From the NCBI RefSeq assembly GCF_963921235.1, contig NC_086108.1, positions 57,228,001 to 57,292,000 on the forward strand: a stretch of DNA of 64,000 nt. Reading direction: 5' to 3'. This document shows, piece after piece, positions 1 through 12,974 of the stretch. Under the pieces are notes generated by a model. The model worked only from the letters and a program-made list of their open reading frames with translations. It was not told the origin of the DNA and ran no database searches. This DNA is from Mobula hypostoma. Its lineage: Eukaryota. The position numbers were made by a program, and so were the translations under genes. Each line of letters begins with the position of its first letter. Positions within the stretch are counted from its first letter, which is position 1.

Positions 1-1025
1 TTCCGAAACATGTTGTGCAATCTATTATTGTAATGTATGCCTGCAATAACTCTCAAGATTTGTGTTTTGAATGCCTTTACTAACGCATGCCAAAGTCAGA
101 AGTCCTACTTAACACCTCAAAACTGATGCCAGATTTTAAACTAGGTGAGATACACTTTTAAGTATCAAACATGACTTTTAAGTGACTCTCAGGATGGTGA
201 GGCACTGAACCACACAAGCCAGGATGACCGCAGTTTTTACTAATACACTCATCTCACACAATAACAAAACGGTGCACATGGCTGCCCAACAGAAGAAGGG
301 AAGGGAATATTAAGGAATATTAAGTTGTCACAATTACTGAATCTGACGATTATGTAGTGACCTTTGCATGGAAAATTGTGCCCAAGAACTGCATTCAGGA
401 TAGTTATTGGGTGTTGCTCACAAACTGGGTTAATATATTGCAGCAGTGTCACGTAAGTAAAGAATAGTACCAGATATAGGTAATGATCATTTCAACAGTT
501 CCTCTAGAGACTAGAGGAAAGCCTTACTGTTTCTTACTTCGTACCCCCTCCCCACTCACTGGTCTTCAGTGAAAAATTATGTCTGCTTAATCAGCGTTAC
601 AATAATTTTCCTTAATTTCAATCCACAAGGTGTGCACTGAAGATCAAACCAGCTGTGAATGGAAGCCCACATGATATATAAAATCATCAAGTCTACTGAG
701 ATCTTCCAGGCAAAGTTGATACCTTATGTGGATTACCCAAATACATTATGTGTACAACTGGTTTAAGGTTACACCAGTAACTTCAGTCTGCTTGTACACA
801 AAGTAACCTTTCTACGCAATGGAAGGGTCTCAAATTAAGCAAGCTATTCAGGTTTTCTTCACATTTCTCTTCCACTTTGAGCACTCATGCTTTTAGAATG
901 ATCTAAAATAAATGCTTGAGTACATGGCTAATACTTCGAACAATTTTTAAACAATCTATATTTAAATGGAGTACTATATGACAGTAATGTTGATCTCTAT
1001 CAGGAGCAGAATCTACAAGTATGTT

Positions 1026-1031
1026 TTTATT
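1026..1031 (-). promoter_or_regulatory. Candidate WLS polyadenylation signal
   Basis: AATAAA on the minus strand about 525 nt downstream of the stop codon. Usage not shown. Confidence 0.45.
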
Positions 1032-1555
1032 GTAAAATCTAGAACTAAATATGTTACATCAAAGTAGGTCATTAGATGCAAAGCACTTTGGGGCATCCCG
1101 AGGATTTAAGATGCTATATAATTTCAGTTCTTTCTTAATCCCTCACACAATCTGACAATCCCTTGAGCAACTAAAGTTTCTGCCCACACACAGTCGTAAC
1201 ACAACAATACATTAAAGTCACAGAAGGTAATGCTCTGAAAGACAGAAACTACAATGATAGTACTTTGTTTTGACAAGTAAGTGTGCACATGACTGCTTTC
1301 AGAAAAAAAGGAATATTGTCCCATTGTAGAAAAGGCACAGTTCCGGAATCTTCCACAGATTATACAAATTGGAGCAAGATTACTGGATGCAGGAGTTCTC
1401 TCTAACCAGCAACAGGAATTGAAACAGGCTAAATCCCTAAAACATGACTTCAGTTCACACATGACACAGCAGACTTATACCTCCCCTTTTCCAGTGGGGA
1501 ATTGCATGGTTGGACTTTGTTGCTGGTTTGACTTCTCCCAATCCCAGTCCCACTA

Positions 1556-1665
1556 TTACTCCTGTGCCTCCTTGCCAGCCAATCTGTAAATTTCAGTTGG
1601 TCCATCAGCATGGGTGATTGTGGTAGTCAGCTGCAGTTCCTCACCGCCATTCACTCCCAGATCAC
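1556..1665 (-). CDS. WLS: Wntless last coding exon 12 (110 bp to stop)
   Basis: (G)DLGVNGGEELQLTTTITHADGPTEIYRLAGKEAQE followed by TAA then TAG. Acceptor ttcag; conserved KEAQE C-terminus. Confidence 0.97.
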
Positions 1666-2708
1666 CTGAAGGCAAGAACGTCATAGAAAATCAATACAAC
1701 AAACTGGTCTTTATTTTGTTGCTTCTCCTGTCAGGTGGTCATATGCGTTTATGGTTAACAGATGTGCGATTGAGGAAGACTGTGTAGAGATGGCACACTA
1801 CAAAATATTGTGGCATCCCTCGGAATTGAAGGAAAATGGACCTGACTCTTATCTGTGCTCTGGCTTCTTTCAGTGGTTACACCAATGATTTTGTTTTCAA
1901 TAGCATTATTTGTGCTTTATGCTCAAATTTTTATCAAGTCCCAAAAAACATATTTTGCCTGAAGAATTCACAATGTAATTATGCGTAGAACACCAAAAGA
2001 AGTCACTGGGATAACAAACAGATTAGGCAGCAAAGATGGCTGACTGCCTCTCACAAATCCTAAAAAAAAACTAATGATGAATCAACTGGGTTTTTAAAAG
2101 CATTAATTTACTAGCTAATACTTTAGTGTTTCAGATGCAAATACAGCACATGATGTGCATTTGGAACAAACTTTTAAACTGTGAGTAGTGTGTACTGCTA
2201 CGTACACGCAACCCTGTAAAAGGACCAGCAGCAAAGGACCACACCTGGAGTCAGATCTTGCAGTTAACAATCACTATTTTATTAGTAACTACGTAATATA
2301 GTAACTTACAACCAGGTGAGCCAAGAGTTAGCAGTGTTATGCATATATTGGTACAGGTGTCCCCCACTTTTCGAACGCTCGCTTTACGAAACCTCACTGT
2401 TATGAAAGATCTACATTAATACCCTGTTTTCGCTAACAGGTGTTTTCACTGTTACGAAAAAAGCAGCGTGCGCCCTGAGCAGCCGCTCTCCCCCGGATTC
2501 GGAACGGCATTCTCGCCGGCATTGCTTAAACACGTGCCTGTGAGCAGCCGTTTGCAAGATGAGTTCTAAGGTATCAGAAAAGCCTAAAAGAGCTCGTAAG
2601 GGTGTTATACTTAGCGTAAAACTAGACATAATTAAGCGTTTCGATCGTGGTGAATGAAGTAAGGACCAAGTGAGTTTGGCTTGTGGAAGTTGACGAATAT
2701 GATGTTGA

Positions 2709-3138
2709 CAACAAACAACCTGATGGCATGAACATTGACTTCTCTAACTTCCGCTAATGCCCCACCTCCCACTCCTACCCCATCCGTTATTTATTTTTAT
2801 ACACACATTCTTTCTCTCACTCCTCATTTTCTCCCTCTGTCCCTCTGACTATACCCCTTACCCATCCTCTAGGTTCCCCCACCCCTTGTCTTTCTCCCCA
2901 GACGTCCTGTCCCATGATCCTCTCATATCTCCTTTGCCAATTACCTGTCCAGCTCTTGGCTCCATCCCTCCCCCTCCTGTCTTCTCCTATCATTTTGGAT
3001 CTCCCCCTCCCCCTCCCACTTTCAAATCTCTTACTAACTCTTTCTTCAGTTAGTCCTGACGAAGGGTCTCAGCCTGAAACGTCGACTGCACCTCTTCCGA
3101 GAGAAGCTGCCTGGCCTGCTGCGTTCACCAGCAACTTT
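2709..3138 (+). mobile_element. Penelope-like element 3' fragment nested in the Tigger
   Basis: Encodes ...QPDGMNIDFSNFR* (PLE ORF end), then a pyrimidine tract and a hammerhead motif. Flanked by a 14-bp direct repeat GAAKATGATGTTGA (2695-2708, 3139-3152). Confidence 0.8.
3052..3087 (+). ncRNA. Minimal type I hammerhead ribozyme motif (PLE-associated)
   Basis: AGTC-CTGACGA-AGG GTCTCAG CCT-GAAA-C-GTC-GACT: stem I AGTC/GACT, intact core boxes, GUC cleavage triplet. Confidence 0.75.
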
Positions 3139-3439
3139 GAAGATGATGTTGAAGAGGTTTTGGCATCCCATGACCAAGAACTGATAGATGAAGAGCTGAT
3201 GCAATTGGAAGAGGAAAGGATAACAATTGAAACCGAATGAGTAATGATAAAGTATGACTTTAATTTTGAAAGGGTACGTGGGTTTAGGGGATATTTGCAG
3301 GATGGTTCGAGTGCTTACAAAGAACTGTATGATAGAAAAATGCGTGAGGCTCAGCAGTCAAGCAAGCCTTCCACATCAGCCACAGCAGACAATGAACCTC
3401 AACCTTCGACATCGAGATGACACCCCAGTGTCCCACTAC

Positions 3440-3755
3440 CCCAACCCCCAGGCCGCAGACAGATACCCATTCGCGAAGAATGCAGCGGTAGCCGGGATGC
3501 CCCCAGCACATCTTTAAGGAAAAAGCTGAAATAAACAAGCCAATTAATTAGGTGCCACCCGACACATAATTGTCGGCCCAGATCAGAGACGATGCAATCG
3601 GCACTGATCTGGGCCGACATTTACGTGTCAGGCAGCACCTAATTAATTAGCATGTTTATTTCGGCTTTTTTTCTTAAAGATGTGCTGTGTGCCTCCAGGC
3701 TACCGCTGCATGCTTCGCGAATTGCTATTGGTCGCTGCCTGGAGGGTGGGGGCCA
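3440..3755. repeat. Long imperfect inverted repeat inside the Tigger element
   Basis: Perfect core TGTCGGCCCAGATCAG (3571-3586) / CTGATCTGGGCCGACA (3604-3619). Arms extend through ATTCGCGAAG (about 3469) / CTTCGCGAAT (about 3722) and more weakly beyond. Confidence 0.9.
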
Positions 3756-4713
3756 CTGCACCACCCAAACACCGATGACTCAGTCTAACACACCACCATC
3801 AGTGTGCTCCGCGCTTTCCCAACTCCAGTAAGTGATACTACACTGTACATACATTATTTCTACTTTATATCGGCTGTGTATTTTTACGTGTTATTTGGTA
3901 TGATTTAGCAGCTTCTTAGCTTAAAGGTTCCTGGAGAGCGCTTGCGCCGTGTCTTTGCTGACGGCGCTTGTGTGAGATTTTCGCTACGGAGAACAGTTCA
4001 GGCAATAATTGTGGAAAAGTATTTCTACTTTATATAAGCTGTGTATTTATCATATCATTCCTGCTTTTACTATATGTTATTGTTATTTTAGGTTTTATGT
4101 GTTATTTGGCATGATTTGGTAGGTTATTTTTGGGTCTGCGAACGCTCACAAAATCTTCCCATATAAATAAATGGTAATTGCTTCTTCGCTTTACGACATT
4201 CCGGCTTACGAACCGTTTCATAGGAACCCTCTACCTTCGGCTGGCGGGGGAAACCTGTATAAATAAAGTTCCCAAAGTCATTCAAGCTCGGGTGGCAAGT
4301 GTTACAGTCTTACAGTATGTAAGAAAGTTCAGTTCGATCCACGGAATTGAGGTGAGACAGAGATGTTTGTAATCCAAGTAAACAGGTGTCTTTGATCTTC
4401 CCGATGTCCCCCAAATCCCTCAAGTTAGCCAAATGTGACTACACTAAAGGTGCCGTCTTCAAGTGGTAAAACTACCAACCCAGGCGAGGGTTAGACACAT
4501 CGGTAGTTCCCAAAGGGTCACCCTTACACGCACCGTAATAGCCACTGATTGATCTCTCTTGATTGACCCTCAACCCACCCTCGTGTGCACTTGAAGAGCT
4601 CATTTAGTGACTCTTCCGTCACCAGCCTCTGTGCGTCTCGTGTGTCTGCGAGAAAGACAGTTGACTTTGTTTAAATACACAGATGCTGAACACCAGCTGT
4701 CCATCATCTAACT

Positions 4714-4716
<3 letters not shown>

Positions 4717-4752
<36 letters not shown>
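4717..4752. repeat. (TC)18 microsatellite
   Basis: Read directly from the sequence. Confidence 0.95.
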
Positions 4753-4755
<3 letters not shown>

Positions 4756-4904
4756 AGCAACTCAGTCAGTTAGCAGTAGAAGACAGCTGCTTTTCGTAAT
4801 GCTGTATTCAGCCTCTCTCCTTAAAGGCATAGTCCATAACGAATGAAACTTAAAATCCCATCACAGTACAATGACTAATATAGCTGGAAGATTTTCCTTC
4901 CATA

Positions 4905-5290
4905 TCGTGGGATCTTTTTGAAATATATCAAATTATTGAAAGGCCTAGATTGGATGGATGTGGAGAGGATGTTTTCAATAGTGGTGGAGTCAAAGACCAG
5001 AGGACACAGCCTCAGAATACAAGGATGTTCCTTTTGAACAGAGATGAGGAGGAATTTCTTTAGCCAGAGAGTAATGAATCAGCGTAGTTCATTGCCATAG
5101 ACAGCTGTGGAGGCCAAATCATTGGGTATATTTAATGGCCAATAAATTGATAAGTTCTTGATTAGTAAAGGTGTCAAAGGTTACAGGGAGAAGGCAGGAG
5201 AATGGGGTTGAGAGGGATAATAAATCAGCTATAATGGAATAGCAGGGCTGACTCGAGCTGAATGGCCTAATTCTACTCCTGTGTCTTATG
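4905..5290 (+). mobile_element. CR1 LINE 3' fragment
   Basis: Degenerate SxTRGHSLRI...EMRRNFF region and 3' UTR AATGGCCTAATTCT, homologous to the CR1 at 14276-16631. Confidence 0.8.
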
Positions 5291-5684
5291 ATACAACTTT
5301 GGAACAATCAACCAGTTATCAATTAAAATTATGTCTGCAAAATAAAACTTTCACAACACATGTCAGTTATATGTTGAATTTCGGATTCTGGACACTTAAA
5401 AGGGAATGTTATGTACATTTTAAAATAGATAGATACAACTCTTTACAAGTTTAAGCAAATTTAATAACAAAAATCAGTCTTTATATTAAACACGACATAA
5501 AGATTGCTTATCATGCAGAGCATGTCTACAGTTTTGGTGATATCTAAACAACTTTCCCAATGAACTTTTCAAATTAACCACAGTATTTATTTAAAAAAAA
5601 TTATGACATATCTGTCTAGAATACCTCCTCTAGAATATGAAAAGCTCTTCAACATGCAAGAACTGATTGAAAAGTGAAACCTAC

Positions 5685-5841
5685 CATTTGATTGATCAGC
5701 ATCACTGTAACACTTATGGGAAGGAGCATACAGAAACATGATGGCAAAGACATACAGGTTCCACATGCCATAAATGCCAGTGAAGAAAGCACTGTTCACC
5801 TGGATGGTGTATTCTCCCCACTTCCAGTGTCCATCGTTCAC
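5685..5841 (-). CDS. WLS: Wntless coding exon 11 (157 bp)
   Basis: [52 protein letters not shown](G). Sites ctccag / gtaggt. Confidence 0.97.
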
Positions 5842-5939
5842 CTGGAGAGAGAATCCATCATTTTATATAAAGGCAAAAGAGATGGCATATAATATTGCAA
5901 AAATCAAGAGAAAACAGAGCACTTAGAAGTTTTAAAAAT

Positions 5940-8035
5940 CAAAGGAAGGCAACTAAAAGCCATAGAGAGAGAAGAGGTGAAATATGAAGGTAAGCTACCT
6001 AATAATATGAAAGAGGATACAAAACAGTTTTGGAGGCAGAAGAAAGGAAATTATCAGCCAATTAGCCTGACTTCAATGGTTGGAAAGATATTGGAATCTA
6101 TTATCAAGAATGATGTGCCCAGATACTTGAATTGAGGGCACACGATAAGTCCTGATGAGGGACTTATCGACTGTACTCTTTTCCATAGATGCTACCTGGC
6201 CCGCTAAGTTCCTCCAGCATTTTGTGTGTTACATGATAAGTTAGGCCAAATTCAGCATGGTTTCCTAAAGGGAAAATCCTACCCGACAAATCTGTTGCAA
6301 TTCTTTGAAGAAATTACATGCAGGATAGACAAAGGAGATTTTCAGAAGGCCTTTGACAAGGTGCTGCACAAGAGGCTGCTTAACAAGAGCCCATGGAATT
6401 ACAGAAAAGGTACTAGCGTGGATAGAAGATTGCCTGAATAACAGGATGCAAAGCTTGGGAATAAAAGGGGCCATTTCTGGTTGGCTGCTGGTGACTATTG
6501 GTGTGCTGCAGAGGTTGGTGTTGGGACGGCTTCTTTTCACGTTATATGTCAATGATTTGGATGAAGGCATTGACGGCTTTGTGGCCAAGTTTGCAGACTA
6601 CACGAAGATAAGTGGAGGGCCAGGACTAAGATTGGGAGAAGAGCGAAAAAGTGGCAGATGGAATGTAGTGTAGGGAAGTATATGGTTATACACTTAGGTA
6701 GAAGGAATAATGATGTAACACACAAAATACTGGAGAAACTCAACAGGCGAGGCAGCATTGGTGAAAGAGATACAGGGCTGGAGAAGGGGGTAATCTGATA
6801 GGAGAGGACAGAAGATAATGGAAGAAAGAAAAGGGGGAGGAGCACCAGGAAGTGATGAGCAGGTAAGGAGATAAGGTGAGGGAAGGAAAAGGGAATGGGG
6901 AACAGTGAAGGAGGGGCGCATTACTGGAAGTTCAAGAAATCAATGTTCATGTCATCAGGTTGAAGGACTTCTTGAACTTTCTGTAATGCCCCAACAGCAT
7001 TCTCTATTCCCTTTTCCCTCTTTTACCCTATCTCCTTAGCTGCCCATCATCTCCCTCTGTTGTTCTCCTTTTCTGTCTTCCATGGTCTTCTGTCCTCTTC
7101 CATCAGATTCCCCTTTCTGCAGCCTTGTATCTCTTTCACCAATCAACTTCCCAGCTCTTTACTTCACCCCTCTCGGTTTCACCTATCACCTTGTGTTTCT
7201 TCCTCCCCTCCCACCCCCCCCAACTCTGACTCATTTTTTTTCCCTCTAGTCCTGATGAAGGGTCTCAGCCCAAATCGTCAACTGTATTCTTTTCCATAGA
7301 TGCTGCCTGACCTGCTGAGATCCTCCAGTATTTGATGTGTGTTGCTTGGATTTCCAGCATCTTCAGATTTAGGATTTTAGGGAATAAAGGTGTGAACTAT
7401 TTTTCAATTAGGGAGAAAAATTCAAAAATCAGGGGTACAAATGGAATTGGAAGCCATTTTACAGGATTTCTAAAGGTCAACTTGCAGGTTGAGTCGGTGG
7501 TAAGGAAGGTAATGCAATCATAGCAATCATTTCGAGAGCATGAGAATAGAAAAAGCAAGGATGTAATTCTGAGGCTTTATAAGGCATTGGAGAGGGTCCA
7601 GAAGGGGTTCATGAGAATGATCCCAGGAATGAAATGGTTAACATATGAGGAGCATTAAATGGTTGTGGGCCTGTACATGTTGGAGTTCAGAAGAATGAGT
7701 TGGGATCTCATCTCACTGAAACCTATTGAAAGGCCTAGTGGGTGTGAAGAGAATGTTTCCTGCAGAGGTGGAGTCTAGGACCAGCAGGCATTGCCTCAGT
7801 ATTGAGGGACATCTATTCAGAACAGAAATGAGGAAAATTTCTTTAGCCAGAGGGTGGTGTATCTGTGGAACCTTTAAGGCGAAGGTTGATAGGTTCTTGA
7901 TTAATCAGGGCATCAAAGGTTACGGAGAGAAAGTAAGAGGATGGGGTTGAGTGGAATAATAAATTAGCCATGATGAAATGGCACAGCTGACTCAACAGGC
8001 TGAATGGCCTAAATTTGCCTCCATGTCATGGCTTT
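5940..8035 (+). mobile_element. Degenerate CR1 LINE with nested PLE insertions
   Basis: Reverse transcriptase (RT) remnants QHGFLKGKS, DFQKAFDKV, NDLDEGIDGFVAKFAD and a CR1 3' end. Interrupted at 6151-6230 and about 6715-7380. Confidence 0.85.
6715..7370. mobile_element. Inverted pair of PLE 3' fragments
   Basis: Minus copy at about 6715-6965 abuts a plus copy at about 6965-7370. Degenerate hammerhead at 7248-7283. Confidence 0.75.
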
Positions 8036-8229
8036 GTGTGGCGCTTACAAAGCAAGACATAAATATAAAAACTGCAGGCTACACATTAATTGAAACAGCA
8101 CATATGTTTTTTTTCCAATGCAGGTTGGCATATGGGTGTAGGTATTGTCATTCATGAGGCAACCCAAATTAGCTATTCAATAACAGGCTTGCAGCCAAAC
8201 TGAACCATCTCCCCACCCACCCTTCATGG

Positions 8230-9560
8230 AGCATAGAAACAGGACCTTCATCCCAAATGGTCCATGCCAACCGTAGCATCCTCCCTGCTGGGTCCTCTGT
8301 TGCCCACATCCCAGTACCTATTAAAATGCCTCTTCAGTTGCAATTGTATCCGCTGTAACCTCTTCCTCTGGTATTTCATTTAGTACTCACTACCCTCTGT
8401 TAAATCTCTTCCCTCTTGTATCTGTTCTGCATTGTTTAGGACTCCCCAACCCTGGGGATCATACCCCTCATGATCTTATAAACATCTCATTATCCTAAGC
8501 TCCACAATTAAAAATATAGCATGGCCAACTCATAACCTCTAGTCCAGGTAGCATCCTCGTGAATCTTTTATGTAGCTTCCTCAGCTTTACAATGTCTTTA
8601 ACAGGGTGACCAAAACTATACGCAATACTCCAAGTGTGGCCTTACAAACGACTTGGTCAACTACAACATAATATCCCAACTCCTATACCCAATGTCCTGA
8701 CTGATGAAGGCCAGCATGTTAAATGTCTTCTTTACTACCCTGTCTACTTGCTTCCACTTTGTCAACTATCTATACTCATCAGTGCCCTGCCACTTACTAG
8801 ATAGGTCCTACCCTGGTTTGAATGTCCAAAATGCATCTTCTCACCCTTACCCAAGGTCAAATCCATTTGCCATTTCTCAGCCCATCCTTAACTGATCACG
8901 GTGTGTTTGTAGTGTGCTTCACCATCAACAAGAACCCCCAAATTTTTGTAATCAGCAAACTTGTTAATCATGCCATGTACATTAATATCCAAGTAATTTA
9001 CATAAAACAGGAATAACTGGCTGCAACACTGATCCCTGCACCATCACTCTAGTTACAGGCCTCCAGTCTAAAAATCACCCCTCATCTTTACTTCCCATTA
9101 TTGAGTCACCTCATTAGATACCTGGAATCTCATGTGACCCCAACCTTCTGCATCAGCCTGCCACATAGGACTCTGTCAATAGACTTACTAAAGTCCATAT
9201 AGATGACATCCAATGTTCTACCTTCATCTAAAAAGGTACCTTAGTTACTCTTCAATAAACAGCAAAAGATTTATCAGACATGAACTCCCATGCACAAAAC
9301 TATGGTGACTATATCTGAACAGGCCTTGACTATCCAAGTGATGGCAGATCTTGTCCCTCAGAATCCTCAGCAGTAACCTCCTACAACTTTAAGTCAAGCT
9401 CACTAGTCTGTCTATGCTACCCTCTTGAACAATGGGACATTTGCCACCCTCCAGTCTTTTGGAGCTTCGCCAGTGGCTAACAACAAAGGAAATATCCCTA
9501 CAAGGGTCTGCGATTTTTTCCCTGGTCCTCCATAATACCTGGGGATGCATAATGTGCTTC
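8230..9560 (-). mobile_element. Old CR1-type LINE remnant
   Basis: Degenerate matches to CR1 RT and 3' regions (e.g. CAAAACT...ACTCCAAGTGTGGCCT on the plus strand). Confidence 0.6.
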
Positions 9561-10624
9561 AAGACAGTGAAGCAAGAGCTAACTATTCATTGCCCTCATT
9601 CCTTCGACATCTACATTACCTTCATTAGTTCACACAGAGGGGAAATAGATAATCAAAACCTCAGCTACCTCCTGCAGTTCCACCTGTACACAGCCTCGAT
9701 AGTCTTAAGAAAACCTGGTCTTTTTCCTTTTCCCAACTCCCTCCACATCTCACCTCAAGTCTGCAGAGTTTAATCAGAGTCAGAAGACTGGTGGAGGGTT
9801 TCAACCCGAGACTTTGACTGCCCCTTTGCATCTACTGATGTCCCCTGACCCAGTGTTCCTCCAGCATTTTGTTCTTTGGGCAGTAGTTTTACCTCTAAAC
9901 ACACCAGCAACTTTAAGGAGGTGCAAAATTTTTTTGTTATAGGTTCCACATACGTAGAGCTAACAACATCATTCTTGCCAAGGGTACCTGGTTCACGTCC
10001 ATTTATTTTTTTTAATGCAACCAATCTCATGTTCCTACTTCGTGATTGCTATTGGGGGTAGTTAGTCAGCAACTCCATGGAATGTCAGTCTTGACATGTA
10101 ATCAACTAGAATACAAGTTCTAAGCAGTAAAAGGAGTCAAAGAACTACATTGCTGAATTCTCAGAGTCAAACACTGCTTTTGCTGAAAACCGGAAACAAA
10201 ATCAGGAAATGTTGGAAATGCTCAGCAGGTTGTGTAACATTAGTGGAGAGAAAAACCAGGTTAATATTTTGGATATTTCAAGTATTCTCTTGTTTTTGCT
10301 AAATTTCCTGGTTACGTAGCGAATTAAAGGGCAGCCTGTGTTGTCACATGCACAGAAAAGCAAATATGTACTGGAGGAGAAGAGGGAAATTTCAGGCAAC
10401 GTATAAACATATGAAATGCCTTGAGTTTTCGTAGATACTTGGGTGAATGCTTTAAAACCTGTGGGTCATAAAACAAGTATACCGCTCCTCCAAATATTTC
10501 AAACTACTTTTAAAAAATCAAAAAATTACTTTATGATTTACACAAAAAAGACCTGTGAAATTCAAAGACCAGAAAACAAATGATAACCTCAATCAAATAA
10601 GAGCACAAATAAAGCTGGATTGTC

Positions 10625-11430
10625 TAAACAACACACACAATGCTGGAGGAAGTCAGCATGCCAGGCAGATCTATGGAAAAATGTACAGTCAGTAGATTTG
10701 AAAGCTGGGGGGAGGGGGAGAGAGAAACACTAAGCAATAGGTGAAACTTGGAGGAGGGGATGAAGTAAAGAGTTAGGAAGTTGATTGGTGAAAGAGACAG
10801 AGGCCATGGAAGAAAGAAAAAGGGGTGGGGAAAGAGCACCAGAAGGAGGCAATAGGCGGGCAAGGAGATAACATGAAAGAGGGAAAAGGGGATGGGAAAT
10901 GGTGGGGGAGGGGAGGGAGTCATTACTGGAAGTTTGAGAAATTAGGTAGCCTCCAAGCTGATAACATGAACATCAAATGGAATATAGGGTGTTGTTCCTC
11001 TAACCCAAGTGTGGCCTTATCAAGCCATCAAGTTGGAAGCCACACTTAGGTTGCAGGAACAACAGCTTGTATTTTGTTTGGGTAGCCTCCAACCTGATGG
11101 CCCATTGCCTCCCTCTGGTGCTCTCTCCCCCCCCCCCCCTTTTTCCCTCTTCCATAGCCTTCTGTCTCTTTCACCAATCAACTTCTTAGCTCTTTGCTTC
11201 CCCCTCCCCCTCCACCAAGCTTCACCAATCGCCTGGCATTTCTCTCTCCCCTCCCCCCACCTTTCAAATCTACTCCTCAGCTTTTTTCCTCCAGCCCTGC
11301 TGAAGGGTTTCAGTCAGAGATGTCAAATGTGCTTTTTTTCCGTAGATGCTGCTTGGCCTGTTGAGTTCCTCCAGCATTGTGTGTGTGTGTTGCTTGGATT
11401 TCCAGCATCTGCAGATTCTCTTGTTTGTGA
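10625..11430. mobile_element. Inverted pair of PLE 3' fragments
   Basis: Starts ACACACAATGCTGGAGGAAGTCAGC and ends GTTGAGTTCCTCCAGCATTGTGTGT. Contains the remnant LRLQEQQLVFCLGSLQPDG. Confidence 0.75.
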
Positions 11431-12974
11431 CTTGTCTAAAAATGCTTTTGTACCAGATTGTTAGGTGCCAACTTCAATAAAGCTGATGAAAAATTACCTC
11501 TCCTTCCAAAGGGAGATGTGTGAAGATTAAGGTACATTAGATGGCACACAAAAGCACAAATAGGCTAACTAATGGTAACTAAACACTTTGAATTCAGATT
11601 TTATTACATAGGATCCCAAAAATAATTACTGTTGCCACAGGAATTATGTTCTATTCATGTCCATTTTGCAAGCAATATAAAAAGCAGTACTGACCATTTC
11701 CAGATGAATGCCAAAAGAGAAAATTTACATCAAATTTGGTGGCTTTCTTTTTGTGTGTCATAGTTGACATTTAACAAGTGGGTGCCTGCCATTTGTTCAG
11801 CTACAATGTAACTGTTAAACTCACTGTGGTAATAGAAATATACCATTTACTTGATGATGTCAACACCCTTTAATTGGATTCAGTGTTAGCTGCCTTGCAG
11901 TTTCTGATAATCAGTGCAGTGAGAATTAAAAGCATGCCTATCTTCCAATTGCTACTTTGGCTACAGAGGTATGTAGAGACAGAGCCACAAAACACAGCAC
12001 AGAAATGGGTCCTTCAGCCCATCTATTCCATGCCAAACTATCAATCTGCCTAATCCCATCAATCTGCACCCAGACCATAGTCCACCATAACACTCCCGTT
12101 CACTTATCTATCCAAATCTCTCGTAAATTTGAAATTGAACCTGCACCACCGCCTCCGCTGGCCCCTCATTCCACACTCACACCACCTTCTGAGTGAAGAC
12201 GTTCCTGTTCCCCTTAAACATTTCACCTTTCACCCTTAACTCACGACCTCAAGTTCTAGATGTTTTTGTAAGGTTTTGTATGGCAACACCAATGCCTTTG
12301 AATGGAACAGATGATGGAAAGTAGTGGGTAAGCCCAGTCCCTCATAAAGCCTTCCCCACCATTGAGTATACCTGTCTGGTGTGCTGTTGTAAGAAAGCAG
12401 CATGCATCATCTAGGCGCCCCATCATCCAGGTCACGGTCACCTCTTACTGCTGCCACCAGCAAGGTGGTACAGGAGCATCAGGACCCATACCACCGGGTT
12501 CAGGAACACGTATCCATCACACTCCTGAACCAGATAACTGCACTCACCCCATCACTGAACTGTTTCCACAACCTGTGGACTCACTCTCGCTTTCAAGGAC
12601 TCTTCATCTCATGTTCTCGATATTTACTGCATATTTATTATTATTAGTTTTTTCTTGATTTTTGTCCTTGCAAAGTTTGTTGTCTTTTGCCCTTTAGTTG
12701 TTTGACTGTGCTGTTAGGTGTGGTCTTTCACTGATTTTACCCTTTCTTGAATTTACTGTGAATGCCCGCAAGAAAGTGAATTTTGAGGTTGTAAATCATG
12801 ACAAACATGTAATTTGATAGTAAACTTACTTTGAACTTTGTACTTTAGTCTAAGCCAAAGTCAGCAGAAAAGTGTGTTTGTACTTACTTTCTCTATACTA
12901 CTCATAATTTTGATTACCTCTATCAAATCTACCCTCATTCTCCTACACTCTAGGGAATAAAGTTCTAACCCATG

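Larger units (their letters stand above)
2354..4257 (+). mobile_element. Non-autonomous Tigger/pogo DNA transposon (internal deletion derivative)
   Basis: TA TSDs. Terminal inverted repeats (TIRs) CAGGTGTCCCCC / GGGGGAAACCTG. CENP-B-type N-terminal remnant MSSKVSEKPKRARKGVILSVKLDIIKRFDRGE* from 2559 and C-terminal remnant EDDVEEVLASHDQELIDEEL. Confidence 0.85.
2196..4865 (-). mobile_element. Solo LTR (about 760 bp, Gypsy/ERV-like) interrupted by a Tigger element
   Basis: Minus strand begins TGTGATGGG and ends GTACGTAGCA. 4-bp TSD GTAC at 2192-2195 and 4866-4869. AATAAA at 2283-2278. Termini resemble the LTR at 19219-20074. Confidence 0.75.
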
